Assembly (NCBI RefSeq): GCF_009914755.1
Contig: NC_060933.1
Length of the DNA stretch: 64,000 nt
From: the human T2T-CHM13v2.0 reference genome, Homo sapiens
Strand: one strand, 5' to 3'
The notes below the pieces were generated by a model. That model had not been told where the DNA came from and did no database searches. It was given only the letters and a program-made list of their open reading frames with translations. The translations under genes and the position numbers were made by a program. Positions 47,322 to 64,000 of this stretch are shown here, piece after piece. Numbering within the stretch: the first letter of the stretch is position 1; each line of letters starts with the position of its first letter.

Positions 47322-48228
47322 AAGGCCTGGTTCTTTGAAAAGATACTGGCAAACTTTAGCTAGACTGACCAAGAGAAGACTCAAATTATTAATATTAAGA
47401 ATATTAAGAATGAAAGGCAGGGATTACGTTGACCTTCAGAAATAAAAAGGACTATAAAGGAATATTAAGAACAATTGTGTCCCAACAAATTAGATAACCT
47501 AGAGGAAATGGACAAATTCCTACAGAAATGAAAACCACTAAACTGACTCATGAAGACACAGAAAATCTATATAGATCTCTATTAAGTAAAGAGGTTGAAT
47601 TTATTAAAAACAAAAACAAAACAAAATGAAACAAAACCAAAAAACCCTTCCCAGAAAGGAACACAAAGGACTAAAAGGCTTTCCTCGTGAATTCTATCAA
47701 ATGTTTAGAGAAGAGTTAAGGTCAATCCTTCATAGTCTCTTCCTAGAAGAAGAGGGGATACTTTCCAACTTATTCTATGAGGTCAGTATTACCCTAATAC
47801 CAAACCAGACAAAAACATCGAAGGAAACAAAACTATACATCAGTATCTCTAATGAATATAGACACGAAAGTCCAAGAAAATGCAAACAGACAAGCACATC
47901 TTCCTTGGAGTAATGTCTATTACTCCATGAAGTCTAACACATGGATTGACAGATCAATAGGATGGAATTTGAGAATAGAGAAATGATCCAAATATGTATG
48001 AAAACAAAGATTATTAATAAGGCAATTTTTCAACTAAATGGGAAGATGAAGGATGAATCCATAAATCACTGGAACAGGACAGTTATTTGAGAAAAAAAAA
48101 AGCTGAAGTCCTATCTCCTTCTTCATAAAAAGTAAATTCCAAATGATCACAGACTTAAGCATATAATACAAAACCATGAGTGAACAGCTCTGTTCATTAA
48201 TGAGAAAAAAGACTATAGAAAACCAAAA

Positions 48229-48503
<275 letters not shown>

Positions 48504-49287
48504 TTACATAAAAATAAAATTGCAATAGCTAATAAATATGAAAAGATTCAAAACTACAGTGCTAATTAAACAGAGGTAAACTGGGATAGGAAAGAGAGTT
48601 CATGCATGACAATGGAAGGGCTGGGAGTCGGATACCTATAGCCTGGTCCATGGTGTGAACGATGCCTCAAAATCTCTGCTGCACCATAAGGACTTCTACC
48701 AAAACCAGCCATGTGCCTATGCACAGTTCCACAGCCAGGAATTTATCTTCCAGGCTATCTGGAGGTGCAACTATAAGGATGCTTGTTCCAGCTCTGGTTG
48801 TCACAGCAAAAGATGGGAGACTATCCAAATACCAATCAAGCCCAAATTCATTAACGAATTACAGTATAGACACACAATTGTTAAATGAAATAGATAACAG
48901 TGGATATAATAAAAATACAATAAGGACAGCAATATTCACAAGTTTTGAGTGCTGGGCACTGGCTAAACCACTTCTCCTTAGTTATTTTGTTTAACTCTCA
49001 AAACAACACTAAGTTTCTACTGTCACCCCATCACCACTGAATTAATTGTCACACTTCACTGGGCTTGCAGCTTGAAGTAAATCTGTGCATGAGATGCAGA
49101 AAGTCGGCAGACTCACCAGTAAGTAAAGCAAGGTGAGAACCACAGTGTGTCCCTTTCCTGCCATTCCTGGACACACACAGCTTGACCTGTTACAGTCACC
49201 AGAAATCCCAGAAGAAACAAATCCACATAGAGGCTTTAGGGAGGGAAACCCAGTGAGCTGCTGTCTTAAGTATTTTAGCACATTTAG

Positions 49288-49413
<126 letters not shown>

Positions 49414-49544
49414 TAGGCATTTCTTTTTCAATTAAAAAAAAAACTAGTTTAATTTTTCTAATAAAAAAGTAAAACAAAATAATTCACCTTGGAAATTCTG
49501 ATTTTAATGAGATTCTCTAGTTCTCTAAAAATTTTTAAATATTA

Positions 49545-49886
<342 letters not shown>

Positions 49887-50874
49887 CTATATGTAGCTGC
49901 ATTTAGATTTCTCTGCCTCTAATCGCCCCATGCATTTCTAATATGAGACAGAGTCTTTACATTCTGTTTTCTGAATATCTTCCATCCACCGTCTTTACAT
50001 ATTCAGTGCCATTAGCTGATGTCTGATTTCTACAATAAGAAGAACGAGAATTTTGGAATGAGGACAGAAATGTATATTTTATGGTGACTGTATTGTGGCA
50101 CTGATGTTGAATATACTTAAGCAGTTTAAACTACTGTTTGTGATTATCATAAAAATACATGTAATTGCCAACTATGAATTTTTTCTTTAAACTAATGGAT
50201 TAGTCACTTCTAAGCTTTCTCCTTTTAAAAGAATTTATTGAATGAATTAAGTTAGCAATCATATCACCAGACACTGCTTACTTCCCACGCCCCTATAAAA
50301 AAGAACATTTTTCAATACATTGTTTTCCCTAATTGAGACTCATAAACTCATAAATCATGGTTGTTTCCGAGCTTTTCCTTGAGGCCTTTTTATTTTCACA
50401 GCCAGAAGCCCTAAACTAATCAATCATGGCATCATGTCATGGGTAATTACCACTGGGTGATGTGCCTCCTGTTTCTCCAGGCTAAAGGGAAACTCTCAGC
50501 TTGGTATTTTAAAGCACTTTTGTCTGAACAACCAAATAGCACACAGGAACCTCTGTTATGGCAAAAATAAGCATGAATGTACATACAGGTGGGACAGCCT
50601 AGGAAACACGTGCACACTCACACCCATGACCCCTGACTCAGAGGCTCCCGGTGATGCCATCCTCACAGTGTTAAGTGACTTGGAAGATGAGACCATGAAA
50701 AGAACAAGTGCTGGTGGCACTCCCAGGCAAAGATCCCCAGGCTGGAGGAGTTGGCGCCTGAAGAAAACCAGAGCAAAACCTCAAGGGTCAGAGGGCCTGG
50801 GCATCGGTGCAGGGCTCACTTGAGACTGAACACGTTCCCCAGGGAAGATCTGTATGCTTCTAAAGAACACTTTT

Positions 50875-51170
50875 GGCCAGGCACAGTGAATCATGCCTGT
50901 AATCCCAGCACTTTGAGAGGCTGAGGCAGGTGGAATGCTTGAGCTCAGGAGTTTGAGACCAGCTTGGGCAACATGGCAAAACCTCATCTCTACAAAAATT
51001 AGCTGGGCATGGTGACGCACGCCAGTAATCTCAGCTACTCTGGAGGCTGAAGTGGGAGGACTGCTTGAGTCTGGGAGGTCAAGGCTGCAGTGAGCCGAGA
51101 TGGCAATACTGCACTGCAGCCTGGGCAACAGAGTGAGACCTTGTCCCAAGGAAAAAAAAAAAAAAAAAAA
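50875..51170 (+). mobile_element. AluJ-like
   Basis: gcttgagctcaggagttt; ggaggactgcttgagtctgggaggtcaaggctgcag. Confidence 0.9.
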
Positions 51171-51314
51171 CATTTTCACATGTTTTACCTTTTCTTTCCA
51201 AATTCTCATGGCACATCTTCACTCTACAATTTTTGTGTCTTCCCAGATCTGTCTTCTGGAGTAGTTGTGATAATGTCTATTTGAGGTTCCAGTGTGACTA
51301 AGCTATGCCTGGGT

Positions 51315-53128
51315 ACCTGGGTGGGACGCTGACGCCCTGGGCTCAGTGGGAGGGGTTGACATCCTGGATTCAGTAGGTGGGCCTGACAGTCTGGGCTAGT
51401 AGATGGGGCTGATACACTGGGACTAGTAGGTGGGGCTGACACCCTGGGCTCTGTGGGCGGGGCTGACACCCTGCATTCTGTGGGCAGGGCTGACACCCTG
51501 GGCTCTGTGGGTGGGGAATGACACCCTGGGATCTGTGGGTGGGGCTGACACCCTGGGCTCTGTGGGTGGGGCTGACACCCTGGCTCTGTGGGCGGGGCTG
51601 ACACCCTGGGATCTGTGGATGGGGCTGACACCCTGGCTCTGTGGGCGGGGCTGACACCCTGGGATCTGTGGATAGGGCTGACACCCTGGGCTCTGTGGGT
51701 GGGGCTGACACCCTGGGCTCTGTGGGCGGGGCTGACACCCTGGGATCTGTGGATGGGGCTGACACCCTGGCTCTGTGGGCGGGGCTGACACCCTGGGATC
51801 TGTGGATAGGGCTGACACCCTGGGCTCTGTGGGTGGGGCTGACACCCTGGGCTCTGTGGGTGGGGAATGACACACTGGGCTTTGTGGGAGAGGCTGACAC
51901 CCTGGGCTAGTGGGTAGAGTTGACACCATGGGGTCTGTTAGTGGGGAATGACACCCTGGGCTCTGTGGGTGGGGCTGACACCCTGCATTCTGTGGGCAGG
52001 GCTGACACCCTGGGCTCTGTGGGTGGGGAATGACACCCTGGGATCTGTGGGTGGGGCTGACACCCTGGGCTCTGTGGGTGGGGCTGACACCCTGGGATCT
52101 GTGGATAGGGCTGACACCCTGGGCTCTGTGGGTGGGGCTGACACCCTGGGCTCTGTGGGCGGGGCTGACACCCTGGGATCTGTGGATAGGGCTGACACCC
52201 TGGGCTCTGTGGGTGGGGCTGACACCCTGGGCTCTGTGGGTGGGGAATGACACACTGGGCTTTGTGGGAGAGGCTGACACCCTGGGCTAGTGGGTAGAGT
52301 TGACACCATGGGGTCTGTTAGTGGGGAATGACACCCTGGGCTCTGTGGGTGGGGCTGACACCCTGCATTCTGTGGGCAGGGCTGACACCCTGGGCTCTGT
52401 GGGTGGGGAATGACACCCTGGGATCTGTGGGTGGGGCTGACACCCTGGGCTCTGTGGGTGGGGCTGACACCCTGGGATCTGTGGATAGGGCTGACACCCT
52501 GGGCTCTGTGGGTGGGGCTGACACCCTGGGCTCTGTGGGTGGGGAATGACACACTGGGCTCTGTGGGCGAGGCTGACACCCTGGGCTAGTGGGTGGAGTT
52601 GACACCATGGGGTCTGTTAGTGGGGAATGACACCCTGGGCTCTGTGGGTGGGGCTGACACCCTGCATTCTGTGGGCGGGGCTGACACCCTAGGCTCTGTG
52701 GGTGGGGAATGACACCCTGGGATCTGTGGGTGCGGCTGACGCCCTGGGCTAGTGAGTGGAGCTGACACCCTGGGCTCTGTGGGTGGGGAATGACACCCTG
52801 GGCTAGTGGGCGGGGCTGACACCCTGGGCTCTGTGGGTGGGGCTGACACCCTGGGCTCTGTGGGCGGGGCTGACACCCTGGGCTCTGTGGGTGGGGAATG
52901 ACACCCTGGGATCTGTGGGTGGGGCTGACACCCTGGGCTCTGTGGGTGGGGAATGACACCCTGGGATCTGTGGGTGCAGCTGACGCCCTGGGCTAGTGAG
53001 TGGAGCTGACACCCTGGGCTCTGTGGGTGGGGAATGACACCCTGGGCTCTGTGGGCGAGCTGACACCCTGGGCTCTGTGGGTGGGGCTGACACCCTGGGC
53101 TCTGTGGGCGGGGCTGACACCCTGGGCC
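51315..53128. repeat. G-rich minisatellite (VNTR), 26-28 bp unit, consensus TGACACCCTGGGCTCTGTGGGTGGGGC, roughly 65 units
   Basis: Direct reading; degenerate units at the left edge, sharp right edge, higher-order blocks. Confidence 0.97.
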
Positions 53129-53617
53129 CTGCTATCTTGTCCATGAATTTTTCAGTGTGAGATGCCCCCTCTCATCCTCCAGCTCTGTGCTCTACTTTTG
53201 TCTACTTTCGTTTTGCCAGAACACAGTGTGGAGGAAATCCTGTGCTTTCTATTGTGACTCAGTTCTGTATCTGTGAAGTGGGTGACCCTTGGGATTGGAG
53301 AAGCAGGCGGGAGAGATACACCACGCAGCAGAGACGCTCTGACCCTGTGCACCTGCAAGTGCCTTCACAGAGAAAGAGCAACCTCTTGGAGACTTGCGAT
53401 TAAGAATTTCCACACAGAAACACCAAGCTGAAGAGAGATCCATTCCCCACCCACTCTGTCTCACACATGCCCCTCGCGCCCTGTCACTCTGATTTGGCAT
53501 TGTTCCTTTTCTTGTTCTGAATCCACCTGTGTGTGGTGGAGCCAAGTTGTGATGGAGTGGTTTCCTTTTCTGTTGCAGTTCTCTCCCCACCCTCTGGAAG
53601 GTATCTTTCCTCTACTC

Positions 53618-53812
53618 CAGTGGTTTTCAATGACACTGCCCCAGGGGACACTGCCAAAGCCGAAGACATTTTTGATGATCAGACTTGGGAGGTGCCCCTT
53701 GGCCTCTCATGAGTGGAATCCAGGGACGCTGCTCACTCCCCCCAACACACAGGACAGCCCAGCATGGAGTATGACCGTCCCAAGTGTGGACAGTGCCGAG
53801 ACGGGGGCACGC
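53618..53812. mobile_element. MER20-like hAT MITE
   Basis: cagtggttttcaa...gccccaggggacac...ccagggacgctgct...cacaggacagccc...acagtgccgag. Confidence 0.7.
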
Positions 53813-54438
53813 ATTCCCCTCCAGCCCACCTTACATTCTCCCTGCGGGCTCTCAGCACGGAGGTGGCCAGCCTTAGAGTTGAAATAAAATGCAGCTATAA
53901 CGGAGTCCAGCCATCAACTCTGTGCTGCACCCTCTCCCCATGTGCACTCAGAAACGGAGCCCTTAGGAGGTTCTGGCCAGATGGGGGCCATGCAGAGCCT
54001 GCCTCTGCCACCTACCAGCCCTGAGCCAAGGCAGGAAACACAGCTTCTCTGCCTCCATCTCCTTAAATACCAAGTAGGGACAAGGAAAGCTCTCTCCAGC
54101 TTACTGAACTGTGTCTCACATTCCTGACACACAAGTCCATAAATGCCAGTTGTTTTTCTCCATCTCTCCCCTTTTCTAATTTTTCCACCTCTCACCACTC
54201 ATTTGGGAAAAATCCCTGATGCCAGCAATGCTCCTGGCCCACTGTACCCCTCAGCAGGGGCCATGGCTCCCTTCTCAAGGAACCCCCACACAGTGGCACC
54301 CAGCTCTAGCCCCAGGTGTGCGTGGCCAGGGTCCACCAAACAGCAAGGCCACAGCTGAGGAGTGAAGGGAGACACATGGGGCAGCACAAGCCGTTCAGGC
54401 CTTACTTTCCTTTTTTGTGACTTTTGGACATTTGTTCA

Positions 54439-54850
<412 letters not shown>

Positions 54851-55396
54851 TTAGCCAACGATGGGAACATGACAGTTGCTGACTGGAGAGAGACCTGAGA
54901 TGTCCAGAAACGTCAACTCCTTGAGGACACACGTGGCCTCAAGGAAAGGAGCAATTTCTTTGTGGCCCCTCTTTCTCTGTGGTCTCTAATTTGAGTTACT
55001 GAGCTTACTGTATTAAAAATGTTAACACAAAACTGAGGCCATCGAGGCAGATCAGCTTCCTGATCAAGATGGAAAACAGGAAGGGGCGAGGGACCAGAGC
55101 ACAGCACGTGGGCATCACGCCCACGCACTGCTGTTGTCCTCCCAAGCCATTCCCAGCGGGCTTCACGTGTAGTTACGAGGCCACAGTAAAGTTCACAGCC
55201 ACGCTTCCAAAGAGACTCGTTATTTGTGCAAACACACACTGGCTTGCAGACAGCAAGGAGCCCTTCATGGGCTTCAGCCCTATTTAAAATATTTACCAAA
55301 ACAGATGCCAAGTCTGACACCATGTAAAAAGTGGATGAGGAGAAAAGGCCTGGAACACTCTCCTCTTGGAGGGGAAAGTTTTGCAGAAATGAGGAT

Positions 55397-56792
<1,396 letters not shown>

Positions 56793-57269
56793 AATTTGGC
56801 TCACTTGGCCCAACCTGTCCTTTTGTATCACCCAGCAGAACTTGGAGGCATTTGGGTTTGAGACCCCTGCCCAGTCTCAACTGCAGGGAAAAGGAGCGAC
56901 TTCCAGAGGCATCACTGCTTACACCCAAAAGACATAAGGGCAGCATTGTCTCTGGGCAGCAGTTTCTGTAAACACCATTTAAACACAGGCAACTTCAACC
57001 ACAGGGCTTGGCAAAGAGAAGGAAATGGAGAGAGCTGGGGAGAGAGAGGGCAAGGCTTACAAAACTCCAGTTTCAACAGCACCAGCAATGCCTCCCCTTC
57101 TGCCCAAGGGAAACGGACTGAATCCAGCCTGCAGTGGCACGAGGTGCGCAGAAAGCCAAGGTGGAAAGAACGTGAGAGGTTTTCCTGGTCTCCCAATCAC
57201 TGTGGAAGTGGAGGAACCACCACACTATGACTCCAAGAGGAAGGCGAAAGGCATTCAGGGGCCACACAA

Positions 57270-57975
57270 GAACAAACCAACCACAAAATGGGCAACAAAC
57301 TTCAGCAGACATTTCTCCAAAGAAGACATGTATATGGCCACCGAGCACACCGAAAGATGCTCAACATCGTTAGCCGTTAAGGAAACGCAAATCACAACCA
57401 CGACAACAGGTTATCAGCTCACACCCACTAAGGCAGCCGTAAAAACAGAAAATAACAAGTTTTGGTGAGGAGGTGGAGAAACTGGAACCCTGTGCACTGC
57501 TGGTGGGGGTGCAAAATGGTGCAGCCTCTGTAGAAAATGGTACAGAAAAAAATTACAAAGACGGGGAGGCAACCCAAGTGCCCTCAGGTCGGATGAAGAG
57601 ATAAACAAATGTGGTATATTCCACAACAGAATATGATTCAGCCTTGAAAAGAAAGAAAATTCTGTCATTTGCTACATCAGGGATGAACCTTGAGGACATT
57701 ATGCTAAATATGCCAGCCACAAAACGACAAAGGCTATGTGAATCACTTCTGTGAAATATCCAGAGCAATCAAATCCACAGAAACAGAAAACAGAATGGAG
57801 GCTGCCAGAGGCTGGAGGAGGGGACAGGGAGTTGTTTAATGTTTCTGCTATGCAGGATGAAAACAGTTTTGGAGACTGGTCACACAACAACGTGAATGTA
57901 TCAGAACTGTACACTCAGAAATGGTTAAGATGCTAAATTTTCTGTTATGTATTTTTTAACACAATTTTTTAAAAA
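57270..57975 (+). mobile_element. L1MB-type ORF2 end and 3' UTR with internal deletion
   Basis: agacatttctccaaagaagacat...gatgctcaacatc...ggagaaactggaaccc...gatgaaccttgaggacattatgctaa. Confidence 0.88.
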
Positions 57976-58054
57976 CCATGCAAACTATGAGAATTTCACA
58001 GAAGGAGACAACAACAAAAAAACCCACATAGAACATTCCAAGAAGAGAAGCATG

Positions 58055-58210
58055 CCCTGGGTGGAACCACAGCCAGGCATGGACATACACGGATGTGTTT
58101 CCCTTCATGACTGCATGTGGCCTTGCGTATGGGTCCTTGGGGGGCCCACAGCCCTACGTGGGCGTACACACAGATGTGCCTCCCTCATGACAGCATGTGG
58201 CCTTGTGCAT
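58055..58210. repeat. Diverged ~80-bp tandem duplication
   Basis: ccacagcc...gatgtg..tccc(t)tcatgac(t/a)gcatgtggccttg occurs twice, 80 bp apart. Confidence 0.8.
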
Positions 58211-60564
58211 AAAACCGACAGCTTATACTTTCCAGGGACCTTCAGTCATTTTCAAGAATTGCTTTGACTGTGCAAGTCCTGCTTCATGGTAGACCTTACA
58301 ATCTCTGCTGAATGTGCAACTCCATGGCATAAAACACCTTATTAGGGAGTTGACTTTGAGGACACACCACATATTTTCTGGGATGATCTCTTCTCTGGAT
58401 GAAAAGATTTGAGATTTCGTTATTAATTTGCTATGACCCTAAAATCACCAGAAACACACTCATTTCTGACCTTTTGACATTAGGAGAGTGGCTTGTGGCT
58501 GAGTCTACTCATCTGAAAATAGGAACCATCATGGTATCATCCACCCTTCAAAGCTGCTCAGCACAGAGCCAGGCCTGCCACACGGCTCCGTCAGGGTCCC
58601 ATTGCAAGCATTGCCACTATCAAGGCTAGCAGCAGGAATGGCAGGCTCAGGAACTGGCAGGAGGGAAGAGTTTACCACCACCTTTGCCTCTCTCTCTCCT
58701 GTGTTCCAGCAACCCTCTGATTTGAAACGTTGAGGCAATTAACACAGCCCTAATTCCCAGAAGCTATTGTAGCAGTGCGTGTGCCAGCCCCACAGCTGCC
58801 AAGGCCACAAAGCCACCCTTGGGGGACCTTTGCTCGACAGCCTCTTATTAAACTCCAGCCTCATGGAACTGCCAGGCCAGGGAGCCTCCAAGTGTCAAGG
58901 GCTTAGCACCCCTGCGGCCGTCCTTGGAGACTGCATGCTCATCTCCTGAGGAGAGAGAAAGGCGGCTCACATGGGCCACGCTTTAGCCAGGGTGGCAGAG
59001 CGTCATGCGGCCTGTACTTCAGTTCCAGGCATGCCTTCACTGTGCAGCTGCCTTGGGCTCCTGCCGGCTCCTGCCCAGGGCTAATTCCTAAATTCCCAAT
59101 TCACCAACTAGGGCCAATCTTTAGAGATGAAACTACAGCAATGGATTCAGAGTGGGGGGGTGGTCACAGAACTGCACTCTGAGATGAGAAGCATGAATGA
59201 GAACGGGCTGTCAGGCTCCTCTGTCAGTTGACTGAGTTATTTTTACTTAAGTTAGCTAGATCATTCAAACGCTTCATTCTACTATCTAGCCCTCTCTATG
59301 ACTGCACACCCACCCCCTAGGAAATTCCTTTTTCTTTCCTTTGTGATTTAAAAGCTAAAACCAAAATGCTTCATAGGAATAAGGTATGTACCCTTAGCCC
59401 TCCTTTCTCACAGAAAAAAGCATTTATTCAAAGTACTTCACATGGTAGGACGAAAGTAGTATTTAATGATGACACCCAATTAAATGGCTTCTGGCCTTCC
59501 AAAGCCACATGACTATCCTCGAGTTCCCTGAGGGTGAGGCCCCTCAGAAGCCCTGTCTGCCTCAGTGACCACTGCACATAAGGTCATGCAGAAGCCTCTG
59601 GTGCCAGCACCACCTGCAGGCCTCTGGACACCTTTGCTCGGCCTGGGACAGTCACATGGCCATGCAGTTCTGTCCATCCACTCCAAGACACGGAGTTAGG
59701 GGCAGGGGAGAACAGATTTGAGAGACCATCATCCAGCATTCCTTCTCCCAGCCTGGGGCCCAGGTACACAGGTGAGGACCCCAAGACACAGCCTCATGGC
59801 AGTCAGCGGCTGCTCCTGGGATTCCAAGTTCTCCTATCAGCCCCTCTCCTTCCATTAGTTTCAGCTTCCCTCCTTCTCTTCTCCTGTTCCTGAATAAGTC
59901 TCTACTTCTCAGCTAGAGCAGGAAGCCTAAACAGGCTGCTCCCCCTAGCCGGAGAGGCACACACTCTCCACATGAAAGCTGGAAATCTAAATCACACTCA
60001 CCAACCTAAGGAGTGGCAGAGGAAGAAATGCCAGCGTGGCCTGGGCATGTCTTCATAGGATGGCAGCAGAAGTACATGTACACACCCATGCACATGCTCA
60101 CACACAAGTATGAACATACGTACACACACCCACACACACACACATGCACACCTTTCAACCCAACGCCGAGGGGTGAATACAGAAAGAAGAAAGATGGGAA
60201 GATGAAATTCCACTCAAAAATGTCCAGCGAGATTGCATTCCTTCACCAACACTGCCCTCCCCATGAGGGTGCAGGTACAGACTATGCCCAGATGACATCC
60301 TCACAGGGACAAAACTGATGGAATCGCACAAACTATCACCACTCCAGAGAAGTCCAAAGCCTCAGTAAGTATATTCGGGCAGTTGAGGGGCACTTGAGGA
60401 TTCAGTGCAATTCAACAAGCCTGATTTTAATTTGATGATGAAAAAGTACAACTGCATACAATGTGCCTTTTCAAGGTAGAACCGGCTGCTTTGTGTGACT
60501 GTTCGGGTGTGGAGGGCTGAAGAAAGGACCCAGCATGGCTTATTAGCAGAAATAGGGACAGGGG

Positions 60565-62231
<1,667 letters not shown>

Positions 62232-62429
62232 GGCCTGTTGGGGAAGTCAGTGAGATCACTGTACACTATGACACGGCGACCCTCTCCAAGCTGATCTGAC
62301 AGATGACACTGTCCATTTCTTCTGTGAAAGGTGCTGATGGATGAATGCCTCTTGCACCAGCTAAGACTTGTGCTCACCCAGGGCTAGCTCGGTCGCAAGC
62401 CTGTCTATACCAGTTGTATTTGTTACTAT

Positions 62430-62769
62430 AATTATGTTGTTTAGGTACCTATTGCAAAATGTGACGTCACCTGACAGCTAACAAGAAGAAAATTATTTCT
62501 ATAAACACTAAGCGGAATGCTTTAGGAAAAAAAAAAGTGGGTTGCTTAAAACAGCTACTTGTGCATATGATGACAGTAAAACACTGAAGTGAGGGGGTGA
62601 AAATCTATTAGGATCCTGCATTTTCCAAGTGTCTTAAGAGTTTTTGCCCATTTTAAAGGAACTGAAACCTGAGAATCACTAAATATGCACTTTGAATGTG
62701 GTTGATGTGAGAAACATAAGGTGGCATTCCAATCAGTAAGCCTCTCCTCAATTAAAATCTTCATAAATT
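62430..62769 (+). mobile_element. Possible degenerate Tigger-type transposase fragment
   Basis: gcactttgaatgtggttgatgtgagaaacataaggtggcattccaatcagtaagcct loosely resembles the ALWxWFxxERxxGxPISGP motif, with many stops. Confidence 0.35.
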
Positions 62770-63048
<279 letters not shown>

Positions 63049-63093
63049 TCATAAATTATCATGCATTGTAAGTAAGGTAAAATGTGTGAAGTA

Positions 63094-63520
<427 letters not shown>

Positions 63521-64000
63521 TCAAATCCTCTTGCCTCCATGTTGCACATCCCTGTAGCTGACTTCCTTCAGGGGTCCCCAAATAGTCTACAATGTCACTC
63601 CTCCCTTCCATCTCTCCCCACCAGGTGTTCTTTTATGCCAATATTCCCTGGAAAAACCAAAAGGATACATGCAGATAATTTGCTCAATGGGAGTGTCAGT
63701 GTGAAGTCTAACATTTTGCTCCTGAGTCAGTACACAGTTGAGACTCCTTTTCAGCTGACCCCAACCCTCTGCCATTGTGAACCCACCAGGAACAGTGGGC
63801 ACCAGGCACACAGCTTTTCTCTGCCTTCTGTTATTTCAGCTTCTTTGCAAATGGCCACATTCATTTTCACAGCCACTGTTAGGGCAAAAGCAACAATTCT
63901 GCTTCACAGTTCTCTCCGCACAGCTCTTAATAAGCCACTGACCCCTCAGCCCCACAGAGAGCTGGGGGTGCAGCAGTGCAGCCCACGCAGTTAGCACCAA

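Noticed and set aside
51315-53128. CRISPR-like appearance of regular ~27-bp repeats
   Set aside because: Units are head-to-tail with no unique spacers, there are no cas genes, and the context is a primate intron.
51224-53144. Long ORFs of 100-285 aa with SAPPTEPRV / GVSPTHRAQ repeats (mucin-like)
   Set aside because: They arise from a 27-bp unit lacking stops on the C-rich strand. The 26/28-bp variants shift frame constantly and there is no splice or promoter support.
57025-57468. 147-aa ORF ending in KWATNFSRHFSKEDMYMA...
   Set aside because: Its C-terminal part is a decayed L1 ORF2 end fused to chance upstream sequence.

Overview
Primate (human-like) genomic DNA from inside the ROR2 receptor tyrosine kinase gene, transcribed on the minus strand. 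Three coding exons are present, all with canonical GT-AG boundaries: exon 2 (30459-30536, 78 nt), exon 3 (11988-12275, 288 nt, the Ig-like domain) and exon 4 (10787-10817, 31 nt, missed by the ORF track). Spliced, they give [32 protein letters not shown]...VLFVRL-GPTHSPNHNFQ. Exon 1 and exons 5 onward lie outside the window. The rest is intron: about 29 Alus, old L1/L2/MIR fragments, MaLR and ERV solo LTRs, DNA transposon fossils (MER82 x2, MER1A, MER30, MER20, Tigger3b-like), microsatellites and a ~1.8 kb G-rich 27-bp VNTR with higher-order structure. Nearly all other ORFs in the track are repeat-derived or chance. I find no evidence of a new multi-gene system. The best second-look items are a tailless retrocopy of a 5' tRNA-Ile half with G at the inosine wobble position, the higher-order VNTR, a possible stop-free exon-3 circle flanked by inverted Alus, and several small mutational scars. 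Repeat family names and exon numbering come from my recollection of consensus sequences, not a database search, and repeat boundaries are approximate unless target-site duplications (TSDs) are given.
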